Assembly: GCA_003170275.1 (NCBI GenBank)
Contig: PNAM01000059.1
Coordinates: 47,389-111,388 of the forward strand
Source: Myxococcales bacterium
Lineage (GTDB): Bacteria > Myxococcota_A > Polyangia > Palsa-1104
Direction of reading: 5' to 3'
DNA: 64,000 nucleotides
In this document: positions 1 to 8,202 of the stretch, piece by piece
How the letters are laid out: every line of letters starts with the position of its first letter
Numbering within the stretch: position 1 is the stretch's first letter
Notes under the pieces: generated by a model
The model's database searches: none
What the model was told of the DNA's origin: nothing
Seen by the model: only the letters and a program-made list of their open reading frames with translations
Made by a program: the position numbers and the translations under genes

Positions 1-1
1 C

Positions 2-733
2 CACGCCGATCTGCACGTGGTCGACGCGGAGAAGCGCTTTCTCGACAAGCTCGCGGGCGTCACCGATCCCGAGCAGAAGCGCAAGATCATCGGGCGCGAA
101 TTCATCGCCGTGTTCGAGGAAGAGGCCAAGCGTATCGACGGAGTCGAGTTCCTAGCGCAGGGCACGCTCTATCCCGACGTGATCGAGAGCGTGTCGTTCA
201 AGGGCCCGTCGGCGACCATCAAGAGCCATCACAATGTCGGCGGGCTCCCCGATCGCATGAAGCTCAAGCTGGTCGAGCCGCTGCGCGAGCTGTTCAAGGA
301 CGAGGTGCGCGAGCTGGGCGCCGAGCTCGGGCTGCCGCGGCCGGTCTTGTGGCGCCAGCCGTTCCCGGGTCCGGGCCTGGCGGTGCGCGTGCTCGGCGAG
401 GTGACCAGGGAGCGCTGCGACATCCTGCGCGGGGCGGACTCGATCATCGACGAGGAAGTGCGCGCGGCGGGGCTGTACGAGTCGATCTGGCAGGCGTTTG
501 GCGTATTACTTCCCGTGAAGTCGGTGGGCGTGATGGGCGATCAGCGGACCTATGCGGACGCGCTGTGCATCCGCGCGGTGCACTCCAAGGACGGCATGAC
601 CGCCGACTGGGTGCCGCTGCCGTACGAGCTGTTGGCGGTGATGAGCCGGCGCATCATTAACGAGGTGCGCGGCGTGAATCGCGTGGTGTACGACATCACG
701 TCCAAGCCGCCGGGGACCATCGAATGGGAGTAG
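2..733 (+). CDS. guaA: GMP synthase (glutamine-hydrolysing), C-terminal part; 5' end lies outside the window
   Basis: Open frame from the window edge. Motifs [34 protein letters not shown] and the C-terminal KPPGTIEWE are typical of the GuaA ATP-PPase/dimerisation domains. Confidence 0.9.
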   Translation, partial: HADLHVVDAEKRFLDKLAGVTDPEQKRKIIGREFIAVFEEEAKRIDGVEFLAQGTLYPDVIESVSFKGPSATIKSHHNVGGLPDRMKLKLVEPLRELFKDEVRELGAELGLPRPVLWRQPFPGPGLAVRVLGEVTRERCDILRGADSIIDEEVRAAGLYESIWQAFGVLLPVKSVGVMGDQRTYADALCIRAVHSKDGMTADWVPLPYELLAVMSRRIINEVRGVNRVVYDITSKPPGTIEWE

Positions 734-1074
734 CGGCCACGGTCGCATTCGGCCTGGCGCTGGCGGCGCTCGGGAAGACCGGCGCGTCGTTCGACGTCGA
801 GGCGCAGCGGCTCGAGGCGCACGGCGCGGCGGCCGCCGATCTGCGCGCGCCCAATGCGCAGGTCGCGCGGGTCAAGGCCGAGCGCACCGCGCGCGCGCAG
901 GCGGAGAAGAAGCTGGTCGCCGGGCTCGCCGAGCTGGGCTGGAAGCGCCCCGACAGCGACGTGGTGGCCAAGCTGCTCGAGACCGCCAGCGTCGCCGACG
1001 AGCGCTTCGGCTCGGACGGGTCGGTCGAGCTGAAATTGATTTTGTCCACCAAAGCGCTAGACCTGAAGAGATGA
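724..1074 (+). CDS. hypothetical protein (Ala-rich, 116 aa)
   Basis: ORF overlaps the guaA stop by 10 nt and the next ORF by ATGA. No recognisable family. Confidence 0.4.
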   Translation: MGVAATVAFGLALAALGKTGASFDVEAQRLEAHGAAAADLRAPNAQVARVKAERTARAQAEKKLVAGLAELGWKRPDSDVVAKLLETASVADERFGSDGSVELKLILSTKALDLKR

Positions 1075-2201
1075 ACAAGCTCCTGCCGGTCCTGTTCCTG
1101 GCGCTCGTGGCGCTTCCGGCCCGCGCGCAGGAGCCGTACTTCGAGGCGCTCGGCCAGGCGCCGGTAGTGGCCGGGGATCGCGTGCGCGCCCGCGAGCGCG
1201 CGCTCGACGAGGCGCTCAAGCAGGCCATCGAGCAGGGCGTGGCGACGGTGCTCACGCCCGACGAGTTGGTGGCGCGCTCCTCCCAGCTCAAGCTCAGGGT
1301 CTATCCGCGCGCGCGCAGCTTCGTGACCACCTATCGCGTGCTCGACGAGGGCGAGCAGAACGGCGTGTTCCAGGTGCACCTGTCGGCGCAGGTGTCGACC
1401 GGCATGTTGCAACGCGAGCTGGGGACGCCGGCGCCGAACAGCGGCCTGCCGCGGCTGAGCCAGAAGCTGCGCGGCCTGGTGTGCGTGGAGCTCTCGTGGC
1501 TCGAGCTCAACCAGACGGCGGAGCTGGCCCTACCGGCGGAGAAGGTGGTGCGCGAGATCCTGGGCGCCCGCAACGTCGAGATCGTGCCGCGCTCGCGTGA
1601 CTGCAGCGACGAGGCGGTGGTGCAGGCGCTCAAGGCCGAGGCGGCGCAGGGCGCGGTGCGCGGCAAGCTGGTGGTGACGCAAGGCGGGGCGATCCGCGGC
1701 ACGCTGCTGGTCGGCGCGCACGCCAAGGTCAAGCTGCAGCTCCTCGAGGCCGAAGGGCGCGTGTCGGCCGAGGCGGAAGCGGAGCGCGACGCGTACGGCG
1801 CCGAGCTCGGTGGCGCGGGCGGCGCCGGCCAGACCGCGATTCGCGAGGCGGTCGCCGAGGCGGCGCGCGCGCTGACGCCCAGCCTGGCGGCGAAGTGGGC
1901 GGCGGTGGCGCCGGGCGGCGGGGTGAGCGTGCGCGTCTCGGGCATCGGTCGCTACGCGGAGTATCAGTCGGTGGTGCGCGCGCTGCAGGGCTTGCCCGGC
2001 GTGGCGTCGGTCGAGCCGCGGCGCTTCTTGCGCGGGCAGGCCGAGCTGCTGGTGCGCACCGCGACCGCGGCGTCGCAGCTCGCGGCGGGCCTGACCCGCG
2101 TGCCGCCGCAGGGCGTGCACGTATCGGTGAAGGCCGGCGGCGACGGCTCGCTCACCGTCGACATCTCGGGCGACGGCTCGGTCGCCCCGGAACGAGGCTA
2201 G
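1071..2201 (+). CDS. secreted hypothetical protein
   Basis: N-terminal signal peptide [25 protein letters not shown] overlap with the upstream ORF. Coding-like composition. Confidence 0.55.
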   Translation: MNKLLPVLFLALVALPARAQEPYFEALGQAPVVAGDRVRARERALDEALKQAIEQGVATVLTPDELVARSSQLKLRVYPRARSFVTTYRVLDEGEQNGVFQVHLSAQVSTGMLQRELGTPAPNSGLPRLSQKLRGLVCVELSWLELNQTAELALPAEKVVREILGARNVEIVPRSRDCSDEAVVQALKAEAAQGAVRGKLVVTQGGAIRGTLLVGAHAKVKLQLLEAEGRVSAEAEAERDAYGAELGGAGGAGQTAIREAVAEAARALTPSLAAKWAAVAPGGGVSVRVSGIGRYAEYQSVVRALQGLPGVASVEPRRFLRGQAELLVRTATAASQLAAGLTRVPPQGVHVSVKAGGDGSLTVDISGDGSVAPERG

Positions 2202-2207
2202 TCGACG

Positions 2208-2525
2208 GTGCGGGTGGCGCTGGCGCTGTTGGCGCTCGCTCTTTGCGGCTGCGCGCCGACCGGCACGATGGTGCGCAAGGCCGACGCGCAGCTGGCGATC
2301 GTGTGCCCGGTGGGCGCGGCGCGCGTGTACGTGGACGAAGCGTTCGTCGGGCGCGCGGGCGATCTCGAGCGCCGCGCGCTGCCGGTCTCCTCGGGAACGC
2401 GCCGCGTGGAGGTGCGCGCCGACGGCTACTTCACCGCCTATCGCGAGGTGACCGTGCCCGCCGGCGGCCACGCGCAGCTCGACGTCGCCCTGCGCCGCGT
2501 TCCGGATAACGAGCCGGGCGGATGA
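2208..2525 (+). CDS. PEGA-like small lipoprotein
   Basis: Lipobox LALCGC. The pattern VYVDEAFVG...VEVRADGYF...VTV resembles a PEGA beta-domain. Confidence 0.55.
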   Translation: MRVALALLALALCGCAPTGTMVRKADAQLAIVCPVGAARVYVDEAFVGRAGDLERRALPVSSGTRRVEVRADGYFTAYREVTVPAGGHAQLDVALRRVPDNEPGG

Positions 2526-2535
2526 GCGCCAGCCC

Positions 2536-3111
2536 GTGACGGTCGCGAACGCGATCACGTGTCTGCGGATCGTGCTCACGCCGGTGTTCGGTTACTTGTG
2601 GTGGCGCGGGCTGCACGGCTGGGCGCTCGGCGTGTTCGCGGCGGCCAGCCTGAGCGACTGGCTCGACGGCTTCTTCGCGCGCCTGCTCGATCAGAAGACC
2701 CGCCTCGGGCAGTTCCTCGATCCGGCGGCCGACAAGCTGATGGTGCTGGTGTGCTTCCTGGTGGCGGCGGCGCTCGGCGCGGTGCCGCGTTGGCTGGCGG
2801 TGCTGGTGATCGGGCGCGACGTGATCCTGGTCTCGGGCGGCGCGCTGTTCGCGTTCGTGCTGCGCGACCGCTACCCGCCCCGTCGCTGGAAGCCGTCGCG
2901 CATCGGCAAGTACGCGACCTTCTCGCAGATCCTCACCATCGGCTTCGCGCTCACCAGCTCGATCTTCGGCGCTCCCTGGTTGCAACCGTTCGCCGCCGCG
3001 TTCGTGATCAACTGCGCGGCGCTCACCGCCATCTCGGGCGTGCAGTACGTGGCCTTCGGCACGCGCGCGCTCGCCTCTGGTACACTTCCGGATGGAGGCA
3101 CGACCCCATGA
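2536..3111 (+). CDS. CDP-alcohol phosphatidyltransferase family protein
   Basis: Canonical motif DWLDGFFARLLDQKTRLGQFLDPAADKL (DG-x2-AR-x8-G-x3-D-x3-D). Multiple TM helices. Confidence 0.8.
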   Translation: MTVANAITCLRIVLTPVFGYLWWRGLHGWALGVFAAASLSDWLDGFFARLLDQKTRLGQFLDPAADKLMVLVCFLVAAALGAVPRWLAVLVIGRDVILVSGGALFAFVLRDRYPPRRWKPSRIGKYATFSQILTIGFALTSSIFGAPWLQPFAAAFVINCAALTAISGVQYVAFGTRALASGTLPDGGTTP

Positions 3112-3893
3112 GCACGGATCTTCAGGTTCTCGACGAGGGTGGCGTGCGCTGGATCGCGCTCGAACGCCCCGAGTCGAAGAACGGTCTCACCGACGAGGTG
3201 AACGGCCGCATCATCGACGCGCTCGACGGCGCGCAGGCCGATCGCGCCATTCGCTGCGTGGTGCTGACCGGCAAGAACGGCAACTTCTGCTCCGGGCTCG
3301 ACCTCAAGTCGGCGGCGCAGCGTCCCGGCGGCTTCGACAACGCCGAAGATCACATGCGCAAGTACTTCCACGGCATGATCCGCGCGGTGCGCCGGGTGGA
3401 GAAGCCGGTGGTGGCGCTGGTCGACGGCGCGGCGGTCGGCTACGGCTGCGACCTGGCGCTCGCGTGCGACCTGCGCCTGGGCACCGACCGCACGCGGTTC
3501 GGCGAGGTGTTCGTCAAGCGCGGGCTGATGCCGGATGGCGGCGGGACGTTTTCGCTGCCGCGGCTGGTCGGCGTGGGCAAGGCGCTCGAGCTCATGTTCA
3601 CCGGCGATCTGATCGGCGCCGATGAAGCGCTGCGCCTCGGCCTGGTGAACCGCATCATTCCGCACGCCGACGCCGAGGCCGAGACCTGGGCCTTCGCCCG
3701 CCGCCTCGCCGCCGGCCCACCGCTGGTCCACGCCTGGATCAAAAAGGCCGTCTACGGCGGGTTGTCGGGGACGTTCGATGATGCGCTGGAGACGGAAGTG
3801 AAGGGGCAGATGCAGCTGCTCCGCTCGAAAGACTTCTTCGAAGGCGTCTCGGCGTTTTTTCAGAAGAGGGATCCGAAGTTCTCAGGGGAGTAG
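3108..3893 (+). CDS. enoyl-CoA hydratase/isomerase (crotonase) family protein
   Basis: ATGA overlap with the upstream gene. Crotonase motifs VVLTGKNGNFCSGLDL and ALVDGAAVGYGCDLALACD. Confidence 0.85.
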   Translation: MSTDLQVLDEGGVRWIALERPESKNGLTDEVNGRIIDALDGAQADRAIRCVVLTGKNGNFCSGLDLKSAAQRPGGFDNAEDHMRKYFHGMIRAVRRVEKPVVALVDGAAVGYGCDLALACDLRLGTDRTRFGEVFVKRGLMPDGGGTFSLPRLVGVGKALELMFTGDLIGADEALRLGLVNRIIPHADAEAETWAFARRLAAGPPLVHAWIKKAVYGGLSGTFDDALETEVKGQMQLLRSKDFFEGVSAFFQKRDPKFSGE

Positions 3894-3907
3894 GCGCTAG
3901 CGGGAGC

Positions 3908-4399
3908 GTGAACGTGAACGCGAATCGCGTAGCGAGGTGTGGTGCTGCGGTTGTACTGCTCGTGGCGCTGAGCGCGTTTGCAGACGCCACAGCGCCTGCG
4001 CCGTCACTGAACGCGGCCAACGGAAGGATCCTGACGGCGAAGCAGGCGCGCGCGTGTCTCGGCGGCCGTGAGCAATACGGAACGCCATCGGCATCCGCAG
4101 TGCTGCGCCTCGAAGCGTCCTTGTCGCGCGCGCTCGCCGAGCTCGCAGGCAGGGACAAGAACAGCTACGTTCGACATTCCGCAGCCGATGTCCTGAAGCG
4201 GATGGCCACGGATGTCCGTTTCTACATCGCCACTGCTGATGGCTTCATCCAGGTCCGCGGATATTGCGCGGACTTCCCGGAACCGGCCCCGCGCGCTTGC
4301 CCGCCGCTGGTCGAAGACGGCGGCTCGTGCATCTGGTTGTTCCGCTTCGACACCAAGCGCGGCACATTCGACCGCTTCGGGACGAACGGGGAAGGATAG
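3908..4399 (+). CDS. secreted hypothetical protein
   Basis: Signal-like N-terminus AAVVLLVALSAFADA. No recognised domain. Slightly lower GC than the flanks. Confidence 0.45.
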   Translation: MNVNANRVARCGAAVVLLVALSAFADATAPAPSLNAANGRILTAKQARACLGGREQYGTPSASAVLRLEASLSRALAELAGRDKNSYVRHSAADVLKRMATDVRFYIATADGFIQVRGYCADFPEPAPRACPPLVEDGGSCIWLFRFDTKRGTFDRFGTNGEG

Positions 4400-4405
4400 T
4401 CCCGT

Positions 4406-5410
4406 TCACACACTCAGAATCAAGCTCGAGTCTCCGAACTCATGGCACAGGTAACCCAATTGCTCCGCCTGCGCCCACGCCTCGTCAAGCAACTCCCGCG
4501 GCGCGAACGCCTGTAGCAGATCGTAATGGCTTGCAGCCGGCTCGTGCATCCCCGTCAGCAACCCATCCACCACCCGCAGCTCGAACCCCGCTCGTATCCG
4601 CAGATCGGTCTCTCCCTCCCCACACGCGAGAAACCCGCGCACCGCCGCGCCCTCCAGCGCGCGCACCACGCTCGTCCCCACTGCGATCACCCGCCCGCTC
4701 GTATTCGCGATCGCATCGACCGTCGCTGCCGGAAGATCGTAGCGCTCGGGGAGCGGGAGGCTTTCGTCCAGCGCGGCATCTCCCGTCGACGAGAGGCCGG
4801 CGGCGTGCGTCAGCCAGGCGATCGCCACACCGCGGCGGCGCAGCGCGAGCAGCAGCTCGAACGTGAGCGGGCGGCCCGCGGAAGGCTGCTCCATCGCCCA
4901 CGGCCGCGCGGCGTAGGAGGTCTGCGTGTGCCACAGCTCGAGCGGCGCGCGCGTGTAGGCGTACTGCACGGGCCGGCCGAGGCGATAGAGCGCGCCGAAC
5001 AGCGCAGCCTCCGCGCGATCGAAGCGTAGCCGCACCAGGCGCGGACCCTCGATCGCCTCGATCGTCGCGTGCAGCTCGTCGCCGAACGCGAGCGCGCTGC
5101 CGATCCTGAGCGCCGGCGGGAGCGGGCGATGCTCGGTCGGCGTGTGCCAGTCGCCGGCGCCGAACGTGACCGCACGCCAGCTCCCGTCGGCGAGCGCACC
5201 CTGCAGGCGCACTTCGAGCGGCGCGCCGTCGAGCCGCCCGTGCAACGAGGAGGGCAGGGTGGCCGCGTCGTTCACCACCACCAGATCGCCGGCCCGCAAG
5301 CGCGACGGAAAATCCGCGAGGTGCGCGTCGGCGATCGTGCCCGCGCGCGGGTCGATGCACAACAGGCGCTCGGCGCCCGGCACCTCGCGCGGCCACGCGG
5401 CGGGCCTCAC
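4406..5410 (-). CDS. queA: S-adenosylmethionine:tRNA ribosyltransferase-isomerase-like protein
   Basis: QueA-like motifs LVVVNDAATLPS, GTSVVRALE and C-terminal HEFGDSSLI. GTGA overlap with the upstream SDR gene. Confidence 0.65.
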   Translation of the reverse strand: MRPAAWPREVPGAERLLCIDPRAGTIADAHLADFPSRLRAGDLVVVNDAATLPSSLHGRLDGAPLEVRLQGALADGSWRAVTFGAGDWHTPTEHRPLPPALRIGSALAFGDELHATIEAIEGPRLVRLRFDRAEAALFGALYRLGRPVQYAYTRAPLELWHTQTSYAARPWAMEQPSAGRPLTFELLLALRRRGVAIAWLTHAAGLSSTGDAALDESLPLPERYDLPAATVDAIANTSGRVIAVGTSVVRALEGAAVRGFLACGEGETDLRIRAGFELRVVDGLLTGMHEPAASHYDLLQAFAPRELLDEAWAQAEQLGYLCHEFGDSSLILSV

Positions 5411-6141
5411 GCGCCGAGCTCGCGCGCCGCCGCGGCGACCTCGAGCCGCGTGCCGCTCGGCCAGCGATCGGCGTGCGTCACGATCGCCACGAGCCGCGCC
5501 GCCACGTCGGCCGGATCGGCGAGCGTCGACGGATCGGCGTCAGGCAGCGCGTCCGCGTGCATGCGGGTGCGCATCTCGCCGGGGTCGACGGTGAGCACGC
5601 GCACGCCCGAGTCGGCCAGCTCGGCCGCCCACACCCGCCCCAGGTGATCGAGCGCCGCCTTGGAGACGCCGTACGCGCCCCAGCGCGGATAGCCCGCCAC
5701 CGCCGCGTCCGAGGACACGTGCACGACCAGGCCACGCCCGCGCAGCGCCATCGAGCCGGCGAACGCCTTGGTAAGCCGGAACGGGCCGACCAGGTTGGTC
5801 TCGAGCACGGCCTGCAGATCCTCGCATGCGGTGTCGAGCAAGAGCGGCATGGGCAGCGGCCCCAGCGTGCTCGCGTTGTGCACCAGCAGATCGATCGGCC
5901 CGACCAGCGCCGCCGCCGCGCCGGCCAGGCGATACACCGCCTGCTTGTCGCCTACGTCGCCGGGCAGCGCGTGCGCCTGCAAGCCCTCGGCGCGCAGCCC
6001 CGCGGCGACCGCCTCGAGCCGCTCCGCGCCGCGCGCGACCAGCACCACCTTGGCTCCGGCGCGCACCAGCCGACGCGCCAACGCCGCTCCCAATCCGTCG
6101 CTGGCGCCGGTGACCAGCGCGCCGATTCCGTGCAGCTCCAT
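5407..6141 (-). CDS. short-chain dehydrogenase/reductase (SDR)
   Basis: Rossmann motif TGASDGLGAALA and catalytic YGVSKAAL (YxxxK). Confidence 0.85.
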   Translation of the reverse strand: MELHGIGALVTGASDGLGAALARRLVRAGAKVVLVARGAERLEAVAAGLRAEGLQAHALPGDVGDKQAVYRLAGAAAALVGPIDLLVHNASTLGPLPMPLLLDTACEDLQAVLETNLVGPFRLTKAFAGSMALRGRGLVVHVSSDAAVAGYPRWGAYGVSKAALDHLGRVWAAELADSGVRVLTVDPGEMRTRMHADALPDADPSTLADPADVAARLVAIVTHADRWPSGTRLEVAAAARELGA

Positions 6142-6193
6142 GACGGCCTCCCTGACTGAGTGTGATGCACCTCTGACAGTCTATGGGAGTGTT

Positions 6194-6209
6194 TGCCAAT
6201 CTATTGGCA
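6194..6209. promoter_or_regulatory. 16-bp palindrome TGCCAAT-ct-ATTGGCA, candidate operator
   Basis: Perfect 7-bp inverted repeat in the 86-nt divergent region between the SDR gene and the XRE/cupin regulator gene. Confidence 0.35.
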
Positions 6210-6227
6210 GGATGTCACTGTACCGGC

Positions 6228-6779
6228 ATGGACGATCTCGCGGGGCACCTCGGCCAGAACATCAAGCAGCTGCGGGCGGCGCGCAACCTCACCCAGGCGC
6301 AAGTCGCCAAGCTGGCGCAGCTGCCGCGCGCGACCTGGGCCAACCTCGAGTCGGGCGCCGCCAACCCGACGCTCGGCGTGTTGCACCGGGTGGCGGTCGC
6401 GCTGCAGGTCTCGATCGAGGAGCTGCTCGCCGCGCCGCGGGCGGGCGCGCGCTTCTATCCGCGCGGCTCGCTGCCGATCCGCACGCCGGGCGAGGCGACC
6501 ATTCGCAAGCTCTTGCCCGATCGCGTCGCGGGCATGGAGATCGATCGCCTGGAGCTGCCGCCGCGCGCGCGCGTCACCGGCGTGCCGCATACGCCCGGCA
6601 CGCGCGAGTACCTGACCTGCGAGTCGGGCGAGCTCGAGCTGGCGGTCTCGGGCGGGCGCTTTCGGCTCGCGCCCGGCGACGTGGTGGTGTTCGCCGGCAA
6701 CCAGAAGCACTCCTATCACAACAACGGCGGCCGTCCGGCGGTCGGCTACTCGGTGGTGGTGCTCGCGCCCATGGTGTGA
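6228..6779 (+). CDS. XRE-family HTH transcriptional regulator with C-terminal cupin domain
   Basis: HTH_3 motif IKQLRAARNLTQAQVAKLAQLPRATWANLESG, then a cupin-like beta region. ATG at 6228 chosen over 6183 so that the palindrome stays upstream. Confidence 0.8.
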   Translation: MDDLAGHLGQNIKQLRAARNLTQAQVAKLAQLPRATWANLESGAANPTLGVLHRVAVALQVSIEELLAAPRAGARFYPRGSLPIRTPGEATIRKLLPDRVAGMEIDRLELPPRARVTGVPHTPGTREYLTCESGELELAVSGGRFRLAPGDVVVFAGNQKHSYHNNGGRPAVGYSVVVLAPMV

Positions 6780-6814
6780 GTACACTCGCGCCGTCTACGT
6801 CTGCTGGGGGGCCC

Positions 6815-7693
6815 ATGTACGTCGTCGCTGGGGTCACGGGGAAGGTGGGATCGGCGGCGGCCGCGGCGCTGCTCGAGCGGGGCAAGAAGCTGCGCGTGCT
6901 GGTGCGCGACGAGGCCAGGGGCCGGCGCTGGGCTGAGCGCGGCGCCGAGGTGGCGGTCGGCTCACTCGACGATTGGGAGTTCCTGACCGGCGCGCTGCGC
7001 GGCGCGAGCGGCGCGCTCTTGATGGTGCCTTCGCCGGATCATATCGATCTCAAGGATGTGTGCCGCTGCCAGATGGCCATGGTAGACGCGCTGGCGGCCG
7101 GGATCGCGGCGGCGCGCGTCAAGAACGTGGTGTTCATCTCCTCGATCGGCGGCCAGCTCCCTGACGGCAATGGGCCCGCGCGCAGCCACCACTACGCCGA
7201 GTCGCGCATCGCCGAGAGCGGGGCCGTGACCACCTTCGTGCGCGCCGCGTACTTCATGGAGAACTGGCTGTTCTCTTTGCAGCCGGTGTTGCAGAACGGG
7301 CTGTTGCCCAGCTACCTCGACGAATCGCGGGCGATCCCGATGGTGTCGGCGGTGGACGTCGGCGAGACCGCGGTCGACGCGCTGCTCGATCCGCCGCGCG
7401 CGACGCGGGTGATCGAGCTGAGCGGGCCGCGCGAATATCGTCCTTCCGACGTGGCGCTCGAGCTTGGCCGCGTGCTCGGACGGCCGGTGCAGCTGGTGAC
7501 CGTGCCGCCGTCGGGCGCGGCCGGCGCGCTGGCCGCGGCCGGCTATCAGCCGCAGGTCGCCGGGCTGTTCGCCGAGCTGTACGCGGGCCTCAACAGCGGG
7601 CGCATCGGCTGGCAGGGCGGCGCGGCGCACGCCTTGCGCGGCCAGGTGCACCTCGAGCAGGTGCTCGCCGCCGTCACCCGGCCGCTCGCCTGA
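6815..7693 (+). CDS. NmrA-like NAD(P)-binding protein
   Basis: N-terminal MYVVAGVTGKVGSAAAAALLERG Rossmann motif. The internal ATG of the long track ORF 5768..7693 was used as the start. Confidence 0.75.
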   Translation: MYVVAGVTGKVGSAAAAALLERGKKLRVLVRDEARGRRWAERGAEVAVGSLDDWEFLTGALRGASGALLMVPSPDHIDLKDVCRCQMAMVDALAAGIAAARVKNVVFISSIGGQLPDGNGPARSHHYAESRIAESGAVTTFVRAAYFMENWLFSLQPVLQNGLLPSYLDESRAIPMVSAVDVGETAVDALLDPPRATRVIELSGPREYRPSDVALELGRVLGRPVQLVTVPPSGAAGALAAAGYQPQVAGLFAELYAGLNSGRIGWQGGAAHALRGQVHLEQVLAAVTRPLA

Positions 7694-7758
7694 TTCCGCC
7701 CGAGCTGCGCGTTCCCGGCTGGCTGGCGGCGCTGATCGCCGGCGCGATCGCGGGCGGC

Positions 7759-8202
7759 GTGGCGCTCGGGCTCGCCACCGGCGACGGGTTGGCGGCGCGC
7801 ATGGGCTTGCGCGCGATCTTCTTCGCCGCCGCGTTCGCCTACCTGGCGGTCTCGTCGGTCGATTTCTGGGAGCACCTGCGCCTCGAGAAGGTGCTGACCG
7901 GCCGCTGGCTGGCGTTCTCGGCGGTTCCGATCGCCGAGACGGTGAACCACGCGCTCACCACCAGCGTCCTGGTGCTCACGTTTCTGTTGGCGCGCCCGTT
8001 CCCCGAGGTGCTCGCGCCGCGCGACTGGTACGTGGTGGCCGCGCCGGTCCTGTACCTCGCGCTCGGCTGGGTCGACGAGCTGGTCTACCACCGTCGCCGC
8101 GCGGTCCATCGCGAGGATCTCATGCACACCGTCAGCCACCTGGCCGGCGGCGCCATGCTCACCGCGTTCTACGCGATGCGCCTGACGCGCTTCGGCGGCT
8201 AG
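7759..8202 (+). CDS. hypothetical membrane protein
   Basis: Four predicted hydrophobic helices. No recognised family. Start uncertain. Confidence 0.45.
   Translation: MALGLATGDGLAARMGLRAIFFAAAFAYLAVSSVDFWEHLRLEKVLTGRWLAFSAVPIAETVNHALTTSVLVLTFLLARPFPEVLAPRDWYVVAAPVLYLALGWVDELVYHRRRAVHREDLMHTVSHLAGGAMLTAFYAMRLTRFGG

Noticed and set aside
2559-3107. N-terminal extension of the crotonase ORF (track ORF 2559..3893), and likewise 12011..12136 on the dehydrogenase ORF
   Set aside because: The extensions overlap the preceding genes in another frame and are Arg-rich junk. Internal ATGs with proper spacing or an RBS give canonical N-termini.
5768-6814. N-terminal 349 aa of the 641-aa track ORF 5768..7693
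   Set aside because: It is antisense to the SDR gene and runs across the XRE regulator gene, with an Ala/Arg/Pro-rich junk composition. Only the part from the ATG at 6815 (NmrA-like) looks real. This is a typical high-GC open-frame artefact.
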